64,000 nt of DNA from Amoebophrya sp. A120 (Eukaryota > Protista > Dinoflagellata). The position numbers and the translations under genes are program-made. Below, in pieces: positions 31,737 through 43,597 of this stretch (positions within the stretch are counted from its first letter, which is position 1; the number at the start of each line of letters is the position of its first letter). The notes below the pieces were generated by a model, which was given only the letters and a program-made list of their open reading frames with translations, made no database searches and was not told the origin of the DNA. Where the stretch lies: assembly GCA_905178155.1 (NCBI GenBank), contig CAJINV010000021.1, forward strand, positions 912,449 through 976,448, in the 5' to 3' direction.

Positions 31737-34084
31737 TTACCAAAAACTACTTTTTCTTTTACTTTTAGTACTTACCTTAACTGCGTCCACACCATTCCTG
31801 CCCCTCCTGTTTCCACCGCTTCCAGCACTTCCGCCGGCATTACCGCGACGCCCGCTCCCTCCTTGCAGCCGATTGTTCCCGGGGGGAAATGGAGGCCCGC
31901 CGAGGGTCGTGTAATAATTGTTGGCGCTGCCAGTGCCGGCTTTTCTATCAACGCTGCTTGCCTTCAAGACGTTTCGGTGCGTGTCCAGCTCGGTTATGGA
32001 ATACAAAATTCCTGCACACGTTCACGTGTACGTGTAGTAAAATGCATCACAAATTATAATTCATCAATTTACAGTGTTGCAGCTACAGCAGCTTGCCATG
32101 CTATCTAAGATCGAAGCCAAAGTTTGTCATGCAGAAGCTGCACTACTTAATTTGTACGTGTACTAGGGTAAATTCACTGTGGATCATATCGGTCGCCACA
32201 GACTGGAACCAGATGGCCGAGTGGGCCTGCGTTTTCTGAATGTACAGGGCCAAGTCAATCCTTTGCAGCTCTTTATACGTGGCAAAAGTATCGTACTACG
32301 TCCTCGTAGTACTTGCCATCCGATATAGAAACTTTTTGTAATGCTGGTGGAAAACAAGAAAAAGATATACGATGACGAAGGACATCTTTCATGAAAGATT
32401 GCGACTAGTTGAATGAGTACGATGCTTTTGCAGCACAGGATACTCCAGGTCCTTCAACAACTGCAGCTCCGTCTCCAGCCGGCCACAAAACGTCGTCATT
32501 TCCTGCTCGAGGATGATGAGCTCGCCCGAGAGCTTCACGATCTCCTCTTCCTCGATCTCATTCTGGTCTTCCACGGTGTCGTATGAGAATTAGGCGCAAC
32601 ACGAACTCCTCGTCCCCCTCATTTGAGAAGTCTACTGCGCACCAGCAGGAGCAATACATGCTATGGACAACTCGTCCATGACATATTTTTTTTTGCTTAA
32701 CTTGTTTTCTGCCTTTAATCCAAATACGCCCTGCCTGTCTTATTTTACTTTGTTTTCTGTGAGATACTCAAACGCACGACCTGCTAGATGAGTAATTATC
32801 CGCGCGGTAAGGATTGCGCTACTGTTAAGGCGGGTCTGTTGTGACGCAAACAGTCGTGCTTCTAAAATGCAGAGCAAGAGAGTGCAGCATTTGGTCGTGT
32901 TTGCATTTGGATTTGCGCTGAAAAATGAGGGGCAGAAAAACCACACTGAATTGCGCACTTTCATATGTCCTGTTCGTTCGCCAGTCGCTCGGAAATCGGG
33001 CCCCACCACTTCGCGACCAAAGCGCGCTCCAGTGATCTGTTGAAAAATAGAACTTCAGGTATTTAGGATGGAAGGACGTCTGTCCGCGGCGATTTATCCT
33101 AGTAGTAGACGGACAGGACGGTAATGGACACTACGACGGAAAAACCTACTATCTACACCGCCAACACCAAAAAAAATTGAGATAAGTACAATGTGAAAGT
33201 GATTCCTGCTCTTCATCTTCTTCACATCATAACATATACAACTTACCTGGGCTGCTGCATGACCGATTTTCCCGGCCTGCCAACCTTCCCGAGCGCCATG
33301 GACTGAATTTTCACTCGATTTCTCGTTTCGGAACGAGAAATCGAGTGAAAATTCACTGAATTTTCACTTTTTGAAAATTTTCACTCTGCGAGCTCAAGTC
33401 TCTCTCCAGGAACATTCGTGATCCAAAAATGATTTTTTTCAAAAAGTGAAAATTCACTGAATTTTCACTCGGCTTCTCGTTCCGGAACGAGAAATCGAGT
33501 GAAAATTCAGTGAGTTTTCACTTTTTGAAAAAAATCACTTTTGGATCGCGAATTTTCCGGGATTGAGAATTCAGTGAATTCTACTCACTCCATTTCTCGT
33601 TCCGGAACGAAAACCAAGTGAGAACTCATTGAGTTCTCACTTTTTGAAAAATCCTGGAGTGAGAATTCAGTAAATTCTCACTCCATTTCTCGTTCCGGAA
33701 CGAGAAGCCGCGCAAGAATTCACTGCGTTCTCACTCTCTGAAAAGTCCTGGAGTGGCAATTCAGTGAATTCTCACAGCGTTTCTCGTTCCGGAACGAAAG
33801 AGAGCCCACACGAAAACTCGCCGCGTTCTCACTTTTTGAAAAAATCCGGGGTATGTGCGCCTCGTTCCCGAACGAGGATAGTTTCCGATGTCGCTTTGTT
33901 TTAGAGGTTGCAAGTCATGATATTAATATCGATACCTGGGTTGCTGCATGACCGATTTTCCCGGCCTGCCAACCTTCCCGAGCGCCATGGATAGCTTGGA
34001 GAAGGGAATGCCATCCACCTCTGTGGTGCAGCTCACGTTGCCCGCTGGTAGAAGTTCGCTCCCCCGGTCTGATGTGGTGGTCAT
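31737..34084 (-). CDS. Hypothetical protein; 5 exons
   Basis: MTTTSDRG...VMQQPR|SLERALVAKWWGPISERLANEQD|TVEDQNEIEE...KDLE|LQRIDLALY...VAT|ELDTHRN; GT-AG intron 33037-33935 plus 3 elements. Confidence 0.6.
31995..32188. mobile_element. Introner element, family E
   Basis: Perfect direct repeat tcggt. Confidence 0.85.
32274..32442. mobile_element. Introner element, family B, degenerate
   Basis: gcaaaagtatcgtact...agtacgatgcttttgc..caggata; flanks ctctt/ctcca. Confidence 0.78.
32582..32965. mobile_element. Introner element, family A, degenerate and expanded (384 bp)
   Basis: tatgagaa...ttgcgcactttcata; direct repeat tgtcg/tgtcc. Confidence 0.75.
33244..33991. repeat. 59-bp direct repeats (33244-33302, 33933-33991) flanking a 630-bp palindrome array
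   Basis: Repeats differ at 1 base; the insert has 6 copies of the ttctcgttccggaacgagaa-type palindrome and a 52-bp near-perfect hairpin at 33304-33355. Confidence 0.88.
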
Positions 34085-34993
34085 GATGATCTTTCTTCTT
34101 CTTGGCTTCTACTCCGCGACTGCAAGTAAGAAAAATCTATCAATCGTGGTGTGCTGCTTTTGCCTGTGCTTCCAACCGAAGCTGCGGCAGCTCCGTCGCG
34201 GACGATGCGGTTCAATCGCGGAGATGCATCACACACCTCGACATCATCTCGGCTCTTTTCGATTTTTTTGAACGCCGCTGGTTGTCGTGTCGCAGTTCAG
34301 CCATCTTCTCGGCCGTCCACAAATCTCTACTTATCGCATCCGGATAATCGGGAAGATCACTTTGGAGCAGGGGGCGCTAGTACTCTCTTTATCTTTATGT
34401 TGTCTAAGAAAGTCATACAGTAGAGCCCTCAGTCGGTCGTGTCAACTGCTCATCACAGTGAGTATAATAAATTTGTTGCTTTATTTTGGATACTACGTCT
34501 AGTACTTATTCAGACGCGTCATCTACATCTACAACGCTTCCAGCCACCGTGCGTCAAACAGGGTTCGAGATAATTTTTACACTATCCCGTTCCGCTCGTG
34601 ACAATCTCCGTTTCCGCGAAACAAAAAATGCGCTCGGACCACGAACCCGACAGTTTGAAATTGAATCAAGTACATATTCATAACCAGGTCGTCCAGGCAG
34701 CCGCAGTAGAACTAGCCTGCAGTTCTTCTTGTTTCCCTTTCCGCGACTAGAGAATGAAGATGCGCACTAAAAAACTTGCGTACTCGGAAGTATCATGATG
34801 TTCTTCGGCGAAGAAGAAGAAGTTTTCATTTTTCATTAAACTTTCAAAAACCCGATATGGTCATCATGGTGCAGTTTTTTACTTACAACCACAGCTCTTC
34901 ATTTCGAGGATTGATTGAGTCTGCTTTTATTTCGCAGAGTACTTACTTCTTTTACGTGCATCAAGCTGTTCTTTCGAGACTGATGCCACCTTC

Positions 34994-37900
34994 TCACACC
35001 TCCCCCTCTTCCGGCGGCCCGGCCAGTTGCATCCCTTGGCCGTCGGATTTCTTCTGGCGAAGCTTCGCCTGCATCAAAGTGTGCCCGACCACCCCGATTT
35101 TCACCTCGATTTGTCGCGTCTCGGCGCGCAGCTTTTGGAAGGCGTCCTTTATCTTCACTATGGGCGCGGTATCGGTCACCGTCGTCGACAAGGACTCCAG
35201 TCGTATCAAACAAAAAAAATGTCCACTTGTTATACGGTCATCACCATCAGAGATTTTTGCCGTCGTGCATGATAAATTTTACCGAGAATGCATGCTATGC
35301 AAAAATACAGATTTCCTGGTCACCTTACCTGTTTTCTGATTACATTACTGCATCACAGATTCCGTTATTAAAGTTTAACACTTTATTTTCCATTTCCTGT
35401 GATAATTCGCCCCTTGACCTCGTCTAACTCCTCCGTGACGCCCTTGAGTTCGATCTGGAGGTTCATTACGCCCTCATTCAGCTCGTTGTACTGTCGGGTA
35501 ACCTGCAAGGTTTTTTTGATAAACATGCAAGTGAGTGCGAGTGCGTCGAAGGCGCGATCGAACGCCACTTGAGTCCAATTTCCATGAAATAAATAACTCG
35601 GAAACAAAATGAAATTGTACGCGGTTGTGTAGTTGTACATGAACTCGAATTTTTACATTTCTTTTCACTTTTGTGGCACCTGTGTAAGCTCCTCTTGTCT
35701 ATTTCGAAACTCGAGTGCGCGGTGGTCAAACTGCGAGTTGATAAACGCCTCCTTGTTTCGCATCCTCTCTGACAAGGAATGCAGCTCCTTGTGCAGATTT
35801 TCCAAGCCACCCCGTGCTTCCGGAAACGTTTCGTCTATGACCTGAGTTGGTAGGATAAGGATTTTCTTGTATGACCATGATGAAACAATATTAAACTACT
35901 CCCAGTTGTAGATCATCTATCAGGCACTTCTGCAACTGGTAGGGCGGAAGCAGCACAGCACGTCATCACGTCGATAGTACTCCTACCCCAGTACCAGGAA
36001 AAAGGCTTGCAGTATCCGTACCTCTACCAGTTCAACATGGAGAAGGAGAAGCATGATGAACGTACTTAACATCAACCTCAATCAGACTGAAAATTTTCAA
36101 CCTTCTCAAGAAAACTGTAAAAGTTAAAGTGTATATATCAATGTCAATCATGTACTTCCTGGTAGCTTTTTGTTTGTGACAAATGTGCGCGCCACTCCTT
36201 CGAGTTCTGCTCCATGCCCGCGACTTTGAGCTTCGGCCCGACCCGCTCCAGCTCGAGCGCCCACTGCTGTGGATCGATGTATGGCGTTCCCAAACGTTAC
36301 ATTCTCGACTGTTAAGTGAATTTGTAATGCAAGAATGGCAAAAGTGCAAGGGTGAAGATTGCGCCTTTTGCGTTACAGGTTCGGCACAGCTTTATAATGC
36401 TGTCGAGCCCTTTGGAGATTTGTCATGCGAAGCAGCTTGATGATAGTGATACTGATGAGAGTTTTGCATGACAAATAATGTAACAGTTGAGAGTGTAACG
36501 TTTGAGAACGCCATACGATGGTGGCCTCCATTACGCCCTCGAAGGTGTCGCTCTCCTCCAGCATGGCGCCCGCATTATCCAACAGATTAAGGCAGACAGG
36601 TCATATTTGTAATGCAAAAATAAATACACGGGAAAATCTGTCATGGGCGAAGCCATGGCATGCTGTTTAGGGTATGCAATGCAGGTGCTTTTGTCTATTT
36701 ATTTTTGCATTACAAATATGACCTGCCGGTCTTTTTCTGGGGGATACGCATTGTTGCGCTCGTCCGTCATTGGAAAGAATTCCTCTTCGTCGTTGTGTTG
36801 CAGTCCCTCTTATGCATTGAAAATGTGTCTGGGGGGCGAAGGAGATTGTTTTTATATGCATGTGATAACTTTCAATCCGCCGTTCATCTTCATGTTGTCC
36901 CATTGCATGAGCAGCATAAAAAACAAAAAGGCACTCGACTTCTTCTTGTTGCCACGACGAGAGGGAATTCCTCATTCAAGATAGGTATGAACAAGCCTTC
37001 GCGATAAATGCTGTGACGCCTGATGAACATGCATCACCACCGTCGTCGGTCATGAAATTTCTGCATGAAGAAGACGAACTCCTGCAATCTATCTACTTCG
37101 AGACACAGCAGATGACACATTTGCCGTTGATACCTCTTCCTCTTCTATGTCGCTGCCCTGCGCATCGTCATCGACTTCGGCTTCGTCAGCCAACGCCTCG
37201 TCGGGGTACCTGAATTTGTGCATGATAGGGCACGTCATAGTTGTTCGCGGGGCCAGCAAAAAATTGTCAACCTCGAAAGGCCTCGGAACAAAAACTCGCT
37301 GTCGATAAAGATAGTGCACATTTTTCGTAGCAAACGCGATAGTAGTACAACTAGTAGTACAAGAACGACAAATGTACTACTTATGCAGTATCATACTGTG
37401 GCTGGTTGTATCGGAAATTCGCTCTCTGCAAGGTCAGTTTCACGAGCGAGTGTAATATTCCCAGCACGCTTTCCCCGTACCCCTGTTTCAACTTCTGGGG
37501 GCTCACCGACTCACTGCCGGCCACCCCGGCGTCCTTTAGCAATACGCACAGGTTCGTGCAGATCGTCTGGGGATCGTCGTACTTGCCCCAGGTGGGCTCG
37601 ATCTGCAGCCGCCGGAACAGCCAGGCGCAGAGCTGGGCAAAGTACTTGAACTGCAACGCGGCGTTGGGGGCGGCGCCGGAGAAGTAGCTGCGGGGCATGG
37701 GCATCATCTCCTTGTCACAAAACTGCCCCTTGCCGTCGTAGTCAAGCAGTTGGAGCATGTCGACGATCTGAGGTGCAGTTGTCGCAAGAGAAATATATCT
37801 TCATTTTTGGCTTCACCTTCATCGGCAACCCAGTGGGAAGCGCGAGGTCGACCACGACGTCTAGGTTTACATAAACCTTCATGTACAAGAAAAAGCATTA

Positions 37901-38083
37901 CGCATATCTATGCATACACGTACATTTGCATCAGTAGACATGACGATGACTTCTATTAGCAGGAGAATGATCCTGAACGACAGACGAAAAAAACGGCATT
38001 GGCGTAAGAGGTACCTCATCGTTGAGAATGAGCATTTCTCCCGTAATTACGGGGCCCTGGGGCGCTGCAGGTGCTGCTGCCAT
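34994..38083 (-). CDS. IFT57: Intraflagellar transport protein 57 (HIPPI); 9 exons
   Basis: LQLLDY..FC, QFKYFAQLCAWL, YDDPQT, PQKLKQGYGE, WALELERVGPKLK, KEWRAHL, TDTAPIVKIKDAFQKLRAETRQIEVKIGVVGHTLMQAKL; 4 GT-AG introns (35503-35679, 35842-36155, 37210-37396, 37768-38014) plus 4 elements. Confidence 0.92.
35204..35404. mobile_element. Introner element, family H-like
   Basis: tatcaaacaaaaaaa...tttcctgtgata; direct repeat agtcg/attcg. Confidence 0.78.
36280..36515. mobile_element. Introner element, family C
   Basis: Perfect direct repeat cgatg; 236 bp. Confidence 0.92.
36576..36746. mobile_element. Introner element, family F-like, with about 50-bp inverted arms
   Basis: caggtcatatttgtaatgcaaaaataaata / tatttatttttgcattacaaatatgacctg; perfect direct repeat cgcat. 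Confidence 0.9.
36811..37132. mobile_element. Introner element, family G-like, degenerate
   Basis: tatgcattgaaaatgtgtct...gacacatttgccgttgata; perfect direct repeat cctct. Confidence 0.8.
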
Positions 38084-39248
38084 GCTGCTGATGCTGTGCG
38101 AGTAACACGAGAAAAAAGGGTGATGTTGTGCTGCAGCTGCAGCCCCGCTTTTTACTTCAATTTCGTCGTGCGTTAGTGTTGCTTCGCGACGTGTTTTGAT
38201 GTGCTTGTCTTGTTCGATCTGTATAAAGGAGCCAGATGATGTTGATGTCCTCGTCACCGTTACACAATGGGTGCTCGTGCTGTGCCGCAGCAAGAACGCA
38301 AGACAAACAAGTCGGCTTCAGCACTGCGTCCACACCTGCTCCACTGCGTCCACCTTCAATACGTGCGTCCTGAAAAAGCGCTGCCTCCTCTGCCCCCGCA
38401 CAAAGTACTTACTTATCTTCGAGTTCTTTGTTTCTCGCCCGGTCGCAGCTACCTTCCGGCGGTGATGGTCACTACGCCCTGTGGTGCTCCTGTCGCTCTG
38501 TGACTCCTCGATCGTGTAGTCGCGGAAAGAACAAGAAAGTGGCACTGCGAAAACCAAAATTTCTTTTTCGGGAAACAAGTGCAAGATCTTCACTCGAAAA
38601 AATCTAGCAAAAGAAGCTCAAACTCGCTCCGACACAGACACAGACACTCAGAAGAAGACAACAAAACTATAGATTATCGCACTGATCCAACTCTCTCGCT
38701 GTCGGGCATCTCCATCTGCTCTGATTCCCAGTGAAGATGCATGTGTCACCTTCCGGAGAGCGAGCACTAAGAAGATATTTTTCCATCCCTCTTTTTACTA
38801 CGCTCGGCCTCGAGCAGGTGGAAAGAAGTCTAACCATGATAGCGCCGCCCCAGAACGCAACAACCAATCTGTAATATCGGCAATGGTCTTCCTGTAGTTT
38901 TCCTTCTCGACGATCAAGAAGTACGTCTGTTCTCTTTTTCTTTTCACACCAAATTCAATCAATTTATCGGTGTCCAACATATTCAACAACAAGGTTTTTT
39001 CTCGTACCTCATGAAAGAGCCACATCGTACAACAAAAGGGTATACATTCATCATCAGTGGTGCCAACACGGTTTCTGGAAAGAAATTTTTCAGGAGGAGT
39101 TCTTTTGTTTCTGAAACGATAGCACAAACAGTGTCAGGATGGGGTATCTTCATTTTCGTAGAAAGTACTTCACTTGTTCGGCTTCGGACTTGGAAGCCGC
39201 AACAACGAACAGCACCAAAGCAACATTAACGTCCGGAAAAAATCGCTG

Positions 39249-42200
39249 TCACTGTACTGCTCCACCGCCACCCGTCGCTGGTACCATCACCGTGGAAGGA
39301 GGTGCTGATGTCGCTGTCGGGGGTACGACGACAAATTGCGCAATGATGTCGCGCAGCATGATCAGCTTCCCGGGGTCCACGCGCGCCGGGGCGATGAAAA
39401 AGCGGTCTATGAATCGCAAAAGTATCGCACTCGTACAAATGCATTACAAATTGAAATTTCCTTAGCATGAGAGATAAAATTTGTAATGCTGATTCACCTT
39501 AAGAGAAAGATTTGTAATGCATGATTGCAATACAAGTGCGATACTTTTGCACAGGATACGGTCCGGTTCGCGGCGAAAACCCATGGCGTCCAGGATCGCC
39601 GCACTGGCATATCCTGTGCAAAAGTATCGCACTCGTAGTTGTAATCGCAGTCATGCATTACAAATCTCCATCCCAAAGCAAAACAGCATGACAAATTCCA
39701 GTTGTCATGCTGAGCCAATTTGTAATGCCATTAAGTACTACGCAGTGCGATACTTTTGCAATGCATATGGCAGCGTTGTCGACCAGTGCGCGTATTTTCG
39801 CGTTGCTTAGCGGCAGCTGCCGGTACTTTTCCTCCGTCGGGTGCTGGACCAGGTTGCTGCACACACGCTGAATCAACGTCAGTAAATGTTCGCTACTTGA
39901 TGCTCCTTTCTGCTGCTTCAGCTTTTGCAAATTTTTCCGCACCGAGATGAGGAGTTGCGCACCCTCAAACCCAAGCAAATCCGCCCACTCCGCTTCGTCA
40001 AACACCGGCTCCTCGGGCCGGTGTTGATCATGCTCTTGTTCCTCCATGGGCTCGTCATCGTCTTCAGGATGTTGCTGTCCATCTGGCAGCTTGTTCATCA
40101 CCTGCTCCGCTGCGTTTGGCCGCTGGGTTGTCGGTGCGCTGTCCAATGGCAGTAAAGATGCTGCAGCAGTCCTCTCAGTCACCCGCTCCGCTAAATTTCC
40201 GTCTGACGCAGCTGGTGCTGTCCCGGCTTCTTTGCAAACGTCCATGGGAACTACAGGTTCCATGACTGGACGAGATATCGGCTCGCAAACTCCGCAAGGA
40301 CACCTTTCGGGGTGCTGATAGGACATCATCTCGTGGTCGCTTATTTCCTGCACAGAAACCACGTTCTTGCTTGCGTCGTCTAACACCACATCCATACGAC
40401 CGTTCCCTGCAACTGCTCCTGGCGCCGCGGGAGCTGCAGCACCAGCTCCTCCTGCTTGTAATTGTTCTTGATCCACTTCTACTTCTCTTCTGTCACTCGT
40501 AGTATTGTTCGCACCTGCTCCGCGACCCACCTGCGGAGAAGGAGAAGAAGATGCGAGCAGTTTCATCCTCTTTTCCGCGATTTCGGCCAGCTGCTCCCGT
40601 CGATTTCTCGGCGTGAAAGTCCCATCCTCACGACCACTCCCCGCCATGGAAATACCACCAGCCACGCTTTCCAGCGCCGCACCCCCGAGTCGCTGCGGTT
40701 TCTCCCCCTCGCTATCGGAGTCGACGTTTGCAGCGGCGCCGCCGCGACCCATCAGGCTCTGCCCGTTCCGGGAGTAGTAATCGTGGAACTGGTCGTAGCG
40801 CTTCTTGTAGTTGCGAAACAGGTTCCAGAACTTGTCGTCGTGCGGGCCGAAGGTGTTGTGCACCAACTCGTGGATCAGAGTGTTCACTAAGTCGTGGTAG
40901 GGCCGAAACCCCTTGGTGTCGTCGGTTCGCAACCGCAACACGATTCGCGCCCCTGCGTTTTCGTTGAAGCCGAGCAGATATCAAATGCAAACATGTCTGG
41001 GAGGTCTGGAAGATTGTCATGCATCTTTAGGATCACGCACATGGTCTGGAATGCACGAAGGCGCATTACAGATTATGCACGAGCTTCATAAATAACATGC
41101 CTATTCCGCATGAGGAATCCACCCATTGCGTGGGGAGAAGTGAAGGACCACTCTTTCCGTTCATGCAACACAGATTTCTGTACGATCTAGACTTGGCATG
41201 ACAAGTTCCACCAGAGGACGACATATTTGCAACGCATAGCAGATCGCCGTCCTTTCCCTCCATCTGCATCCGCGCCTGCGCCTCCGCAGGATATGAGAGT
41301 GCACAACTCCCCCCTATTGCACGAACAGCAATACAAACACCGCCACACGTGACGCCTGTGCATGCCAAATTCATGCGCCTCGTGTAGTACTGTTTGGGCT
41401 TCCTGAATCTGTCATGCATAATAGCGATACAAGGGAAGCACTTGGATTTGGGATTTTGCATGAGAAATGAGAACGACAGGGAGTTGTGCACTCTCATACA
41501 GGAGACATCTCCGTCAACAGCCCGACGTGCAGTTTCTCTTCCGTCATGATCTTCACGATGGCCGGGTCGTGGGCCATATGCATTGCAAAAATAGCGCGCT
41601 ACCTAGTATCAACTGTAACTAGCATCACAAATTTTGGTAAGCACAAAAGTGATGATGAAAGTTGTAAAGTTGCATTGCTATTATTCGAGTTGGGAAAGAA
41701 GAAGATATTTGTCATGCATGACAGCAATTCATCAAAGGAGTGCGATATAACACTTTTGCAGAGCATAGGCCAACTTCGTCAGCAATTTCTCGGCCTCGAA
41801 CGGCGTCGGGGTGTTGTACTTGTACTCCGCCGTGATCTTCGAAAACCGAAACTCCGCGTGCATCTTACTCCCCCCCCAGCCGTATCAAATGTAAAAATGT
41901 CTGGGTCTGGAAGGGTGCAAGGTTTGTCATGCTTGTCTGGCATGACTGAAAAGTCTGTGATGCGTGTCCAGAAAGAGACCCTTTTGCTTGTCATCATCAT
42001 CATCATTGAGACGAACCCCCTGTGGTCGTCCTCACGGTGTCGTCTTCGCCCTAGGCTGTTTCGGACAGATGTTGGTTGTGTCCGGCAAGAGGACGGCCCT
42101 GCCAGGACAAATGTTGGTAATGTCCAGCGAGAGCGCTGCCGTGGCCCGTTTTCTGCCGGTTTTTGGCTTTCGCCAGGAATACCCGCAACACCACCCGTGG

Positions 42201-43597
42201 ATAGTGAAACCCATGGCAGGCTTTCGCCAGCCCTGTCATGCAAAAACGCCGTTTGTCATGCGGAAAGCGCAACACTAAGCCTCGGAAATATTTCTCATGC
42301 TTGGCCGCTATGCATTACAGACCATTCACTATTCACAACTCAGCATTACAAGTTTCCAGACCCAGACATTTTTACATTTGATAAGCCGCCACTCTCCTTC
42401 GCGAGCTTGCGTTCCCGCCGCCGCCGCGCCTTCTCATCCCGCTCAAGCGCCGCAAACCCCTTCACCAGCGGGTCGGCCTTCGCCTTTTATGCAATGCAAA
42501 AGCATTGTACAAGAATGAATTGCTATTGCATTACAAATTAACCCAGCATTACAGATTAAATCTGTAATGCTGGTTTACCTTGAGAAAGAGACGTGTAATG
42601 CATGAATGCAATTACTACGAGCACGATACTTTTGCAGTGCATACCTTTTGAAAAAAGTCAATGTCCTTCTCGCTGCTACCGGTAATCAGGATATCAAATG
42701 CAAATGTGTCTAGGTCTGGAAACTTGTGATGCTAAAATGTGGATGATGGAGACACAAACAGTTCCCCGGAATGCAATTTAGCATGACAACTTTCATCCGG
42801 AACGCTCTCCCATAGGCAATCCGCATGAGAAACTGCGTGTTTGCATGTACAAAAGAGGCTGCGGCTTTTGCTGGTTGCGCAATACAGATTTCCTAGGTAT
42901 GGAAGGCTAGCATTACAAGTTCCAACCTTCCAGACCCAGACATATTTGCAATACATACAGGATCTTCACAAACGACGGAAGCTGCTGCACTACAGGAAGA
43001 GCAACCTGAGCGGGGCGGGGCGAAGATGAAGAGAACGAAGATGGTGCCAGTGTGCTGCTGCTGGCGTCAACGATCATAGTACCACTCTCCACTATGCAGC
43101 CCGCCCCTCCATTTATTTCCTCTACTTCCGAGGGTTTTTCCGGCACTGCCGCCTCGGACGCGTAGTTCATCTCCTCGTCAACGTTTTTAGAGTTAATGTC
43201 ATCTTGATGTTGTGATGGTGATGCCGCATGATTCGGATTGGGATGATCTTCTTGCGGCCCGAGCACCATGTCTCTGGCTTTCACAAAGGGCGAAACCTTC
43301 TTGCCATGGTAGATGATCGTGCAGGTTTCCTTACGCACGTCGAACAGCTCCTTCAAGATGTCAAACAGCGAAACCTATGAACTGCAAAAGTACCGTACTC
43401 GTATCTATAAATGCATTACAAATTTCCTCAGCATGAGAAATGAAATTTGTAATTCGGATTTACCTTGAGGAAAAGATTTGTAATGCATGACTGCACTACG
43501 AGTACGATACTTTTGCACAGGATAAAACCAACCGCTCCTCCCCGTCCCCAAACGGGACGTCGAACGGCGTCCCGCGAAACGTGAATCGAAGGTTCAT
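39249..43597 (-). CDS. WLM (Wss1-like) zinc metallopeptidase with ubiquitin-like N-terminus and C-terminal PUB domain; 10 exons
   Basis: Nine element removals give EAEKLLTKLA|HDPAIVKIM...VGLLTEMSP|...DL|LGFNENAGARIVLRLRTDDTKGFRPY..TLIHELVHNTFGPHDDKFW; PUB-like NLVQHPTEEKYRQLPLSNAKI. Confidence 0.88.
39408..39558. mobile_element. Introner element, family B
   Basis: Perfect direct repeat cggtc. Confidence 0.92.
39610..39767. mobile_element. Introner element, family B, opposite orientation to 39408
   Basis: Perfect direct repeat tggca. Confidence 0.92.
40979..41238. mobile_element. Introner element, family G
   Basis: Perfect direct repeat gcaga. Confidence 0.88.
41292..41498. mobile_element. 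Introner element, family A
   Basis: Perfect direct repeat cagga; TIR tatgagagtgcacaactccc. Confidence 0.92.
41577..41767. mobile_element. Introner element, family B-like, degenerate
   Basis: Perfect direct repeat ggcca. Confidence 0.82.
41883..42383. mobile_element. Introner element, family G, with about 245-bp internal insert
   Basis: Perfect 30-bp TIR; perfect direct repeat agccg. Confidence 0.92.
42488..42643. mobile_element. Introner element, family B
   Basis: Perfect direct repeat ccttt. Confidence 0.9.
42692..42957. mobile_element. Introner element, family G
   Basis: Perfect direct repeat cagga. Confidence 0.9.
43376..43524. mobile_element. Introner element, family B
   Basis: Perfect direct repeat aaacc. 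Confidence 0.92.

Noticed and set aside
33303-33880. CRISPR-like array of palindromic repeats
   Set aside because: Spacers are homologous to each other and irregular in length; eukaryotic context; no cas genes
21689-43524. Strict nucleosome-period spacing of insertions
   Set aside because: Start-to-start distances (184, 403, 263, 238, 202, 313, 285, 306) show no clear single period by eye
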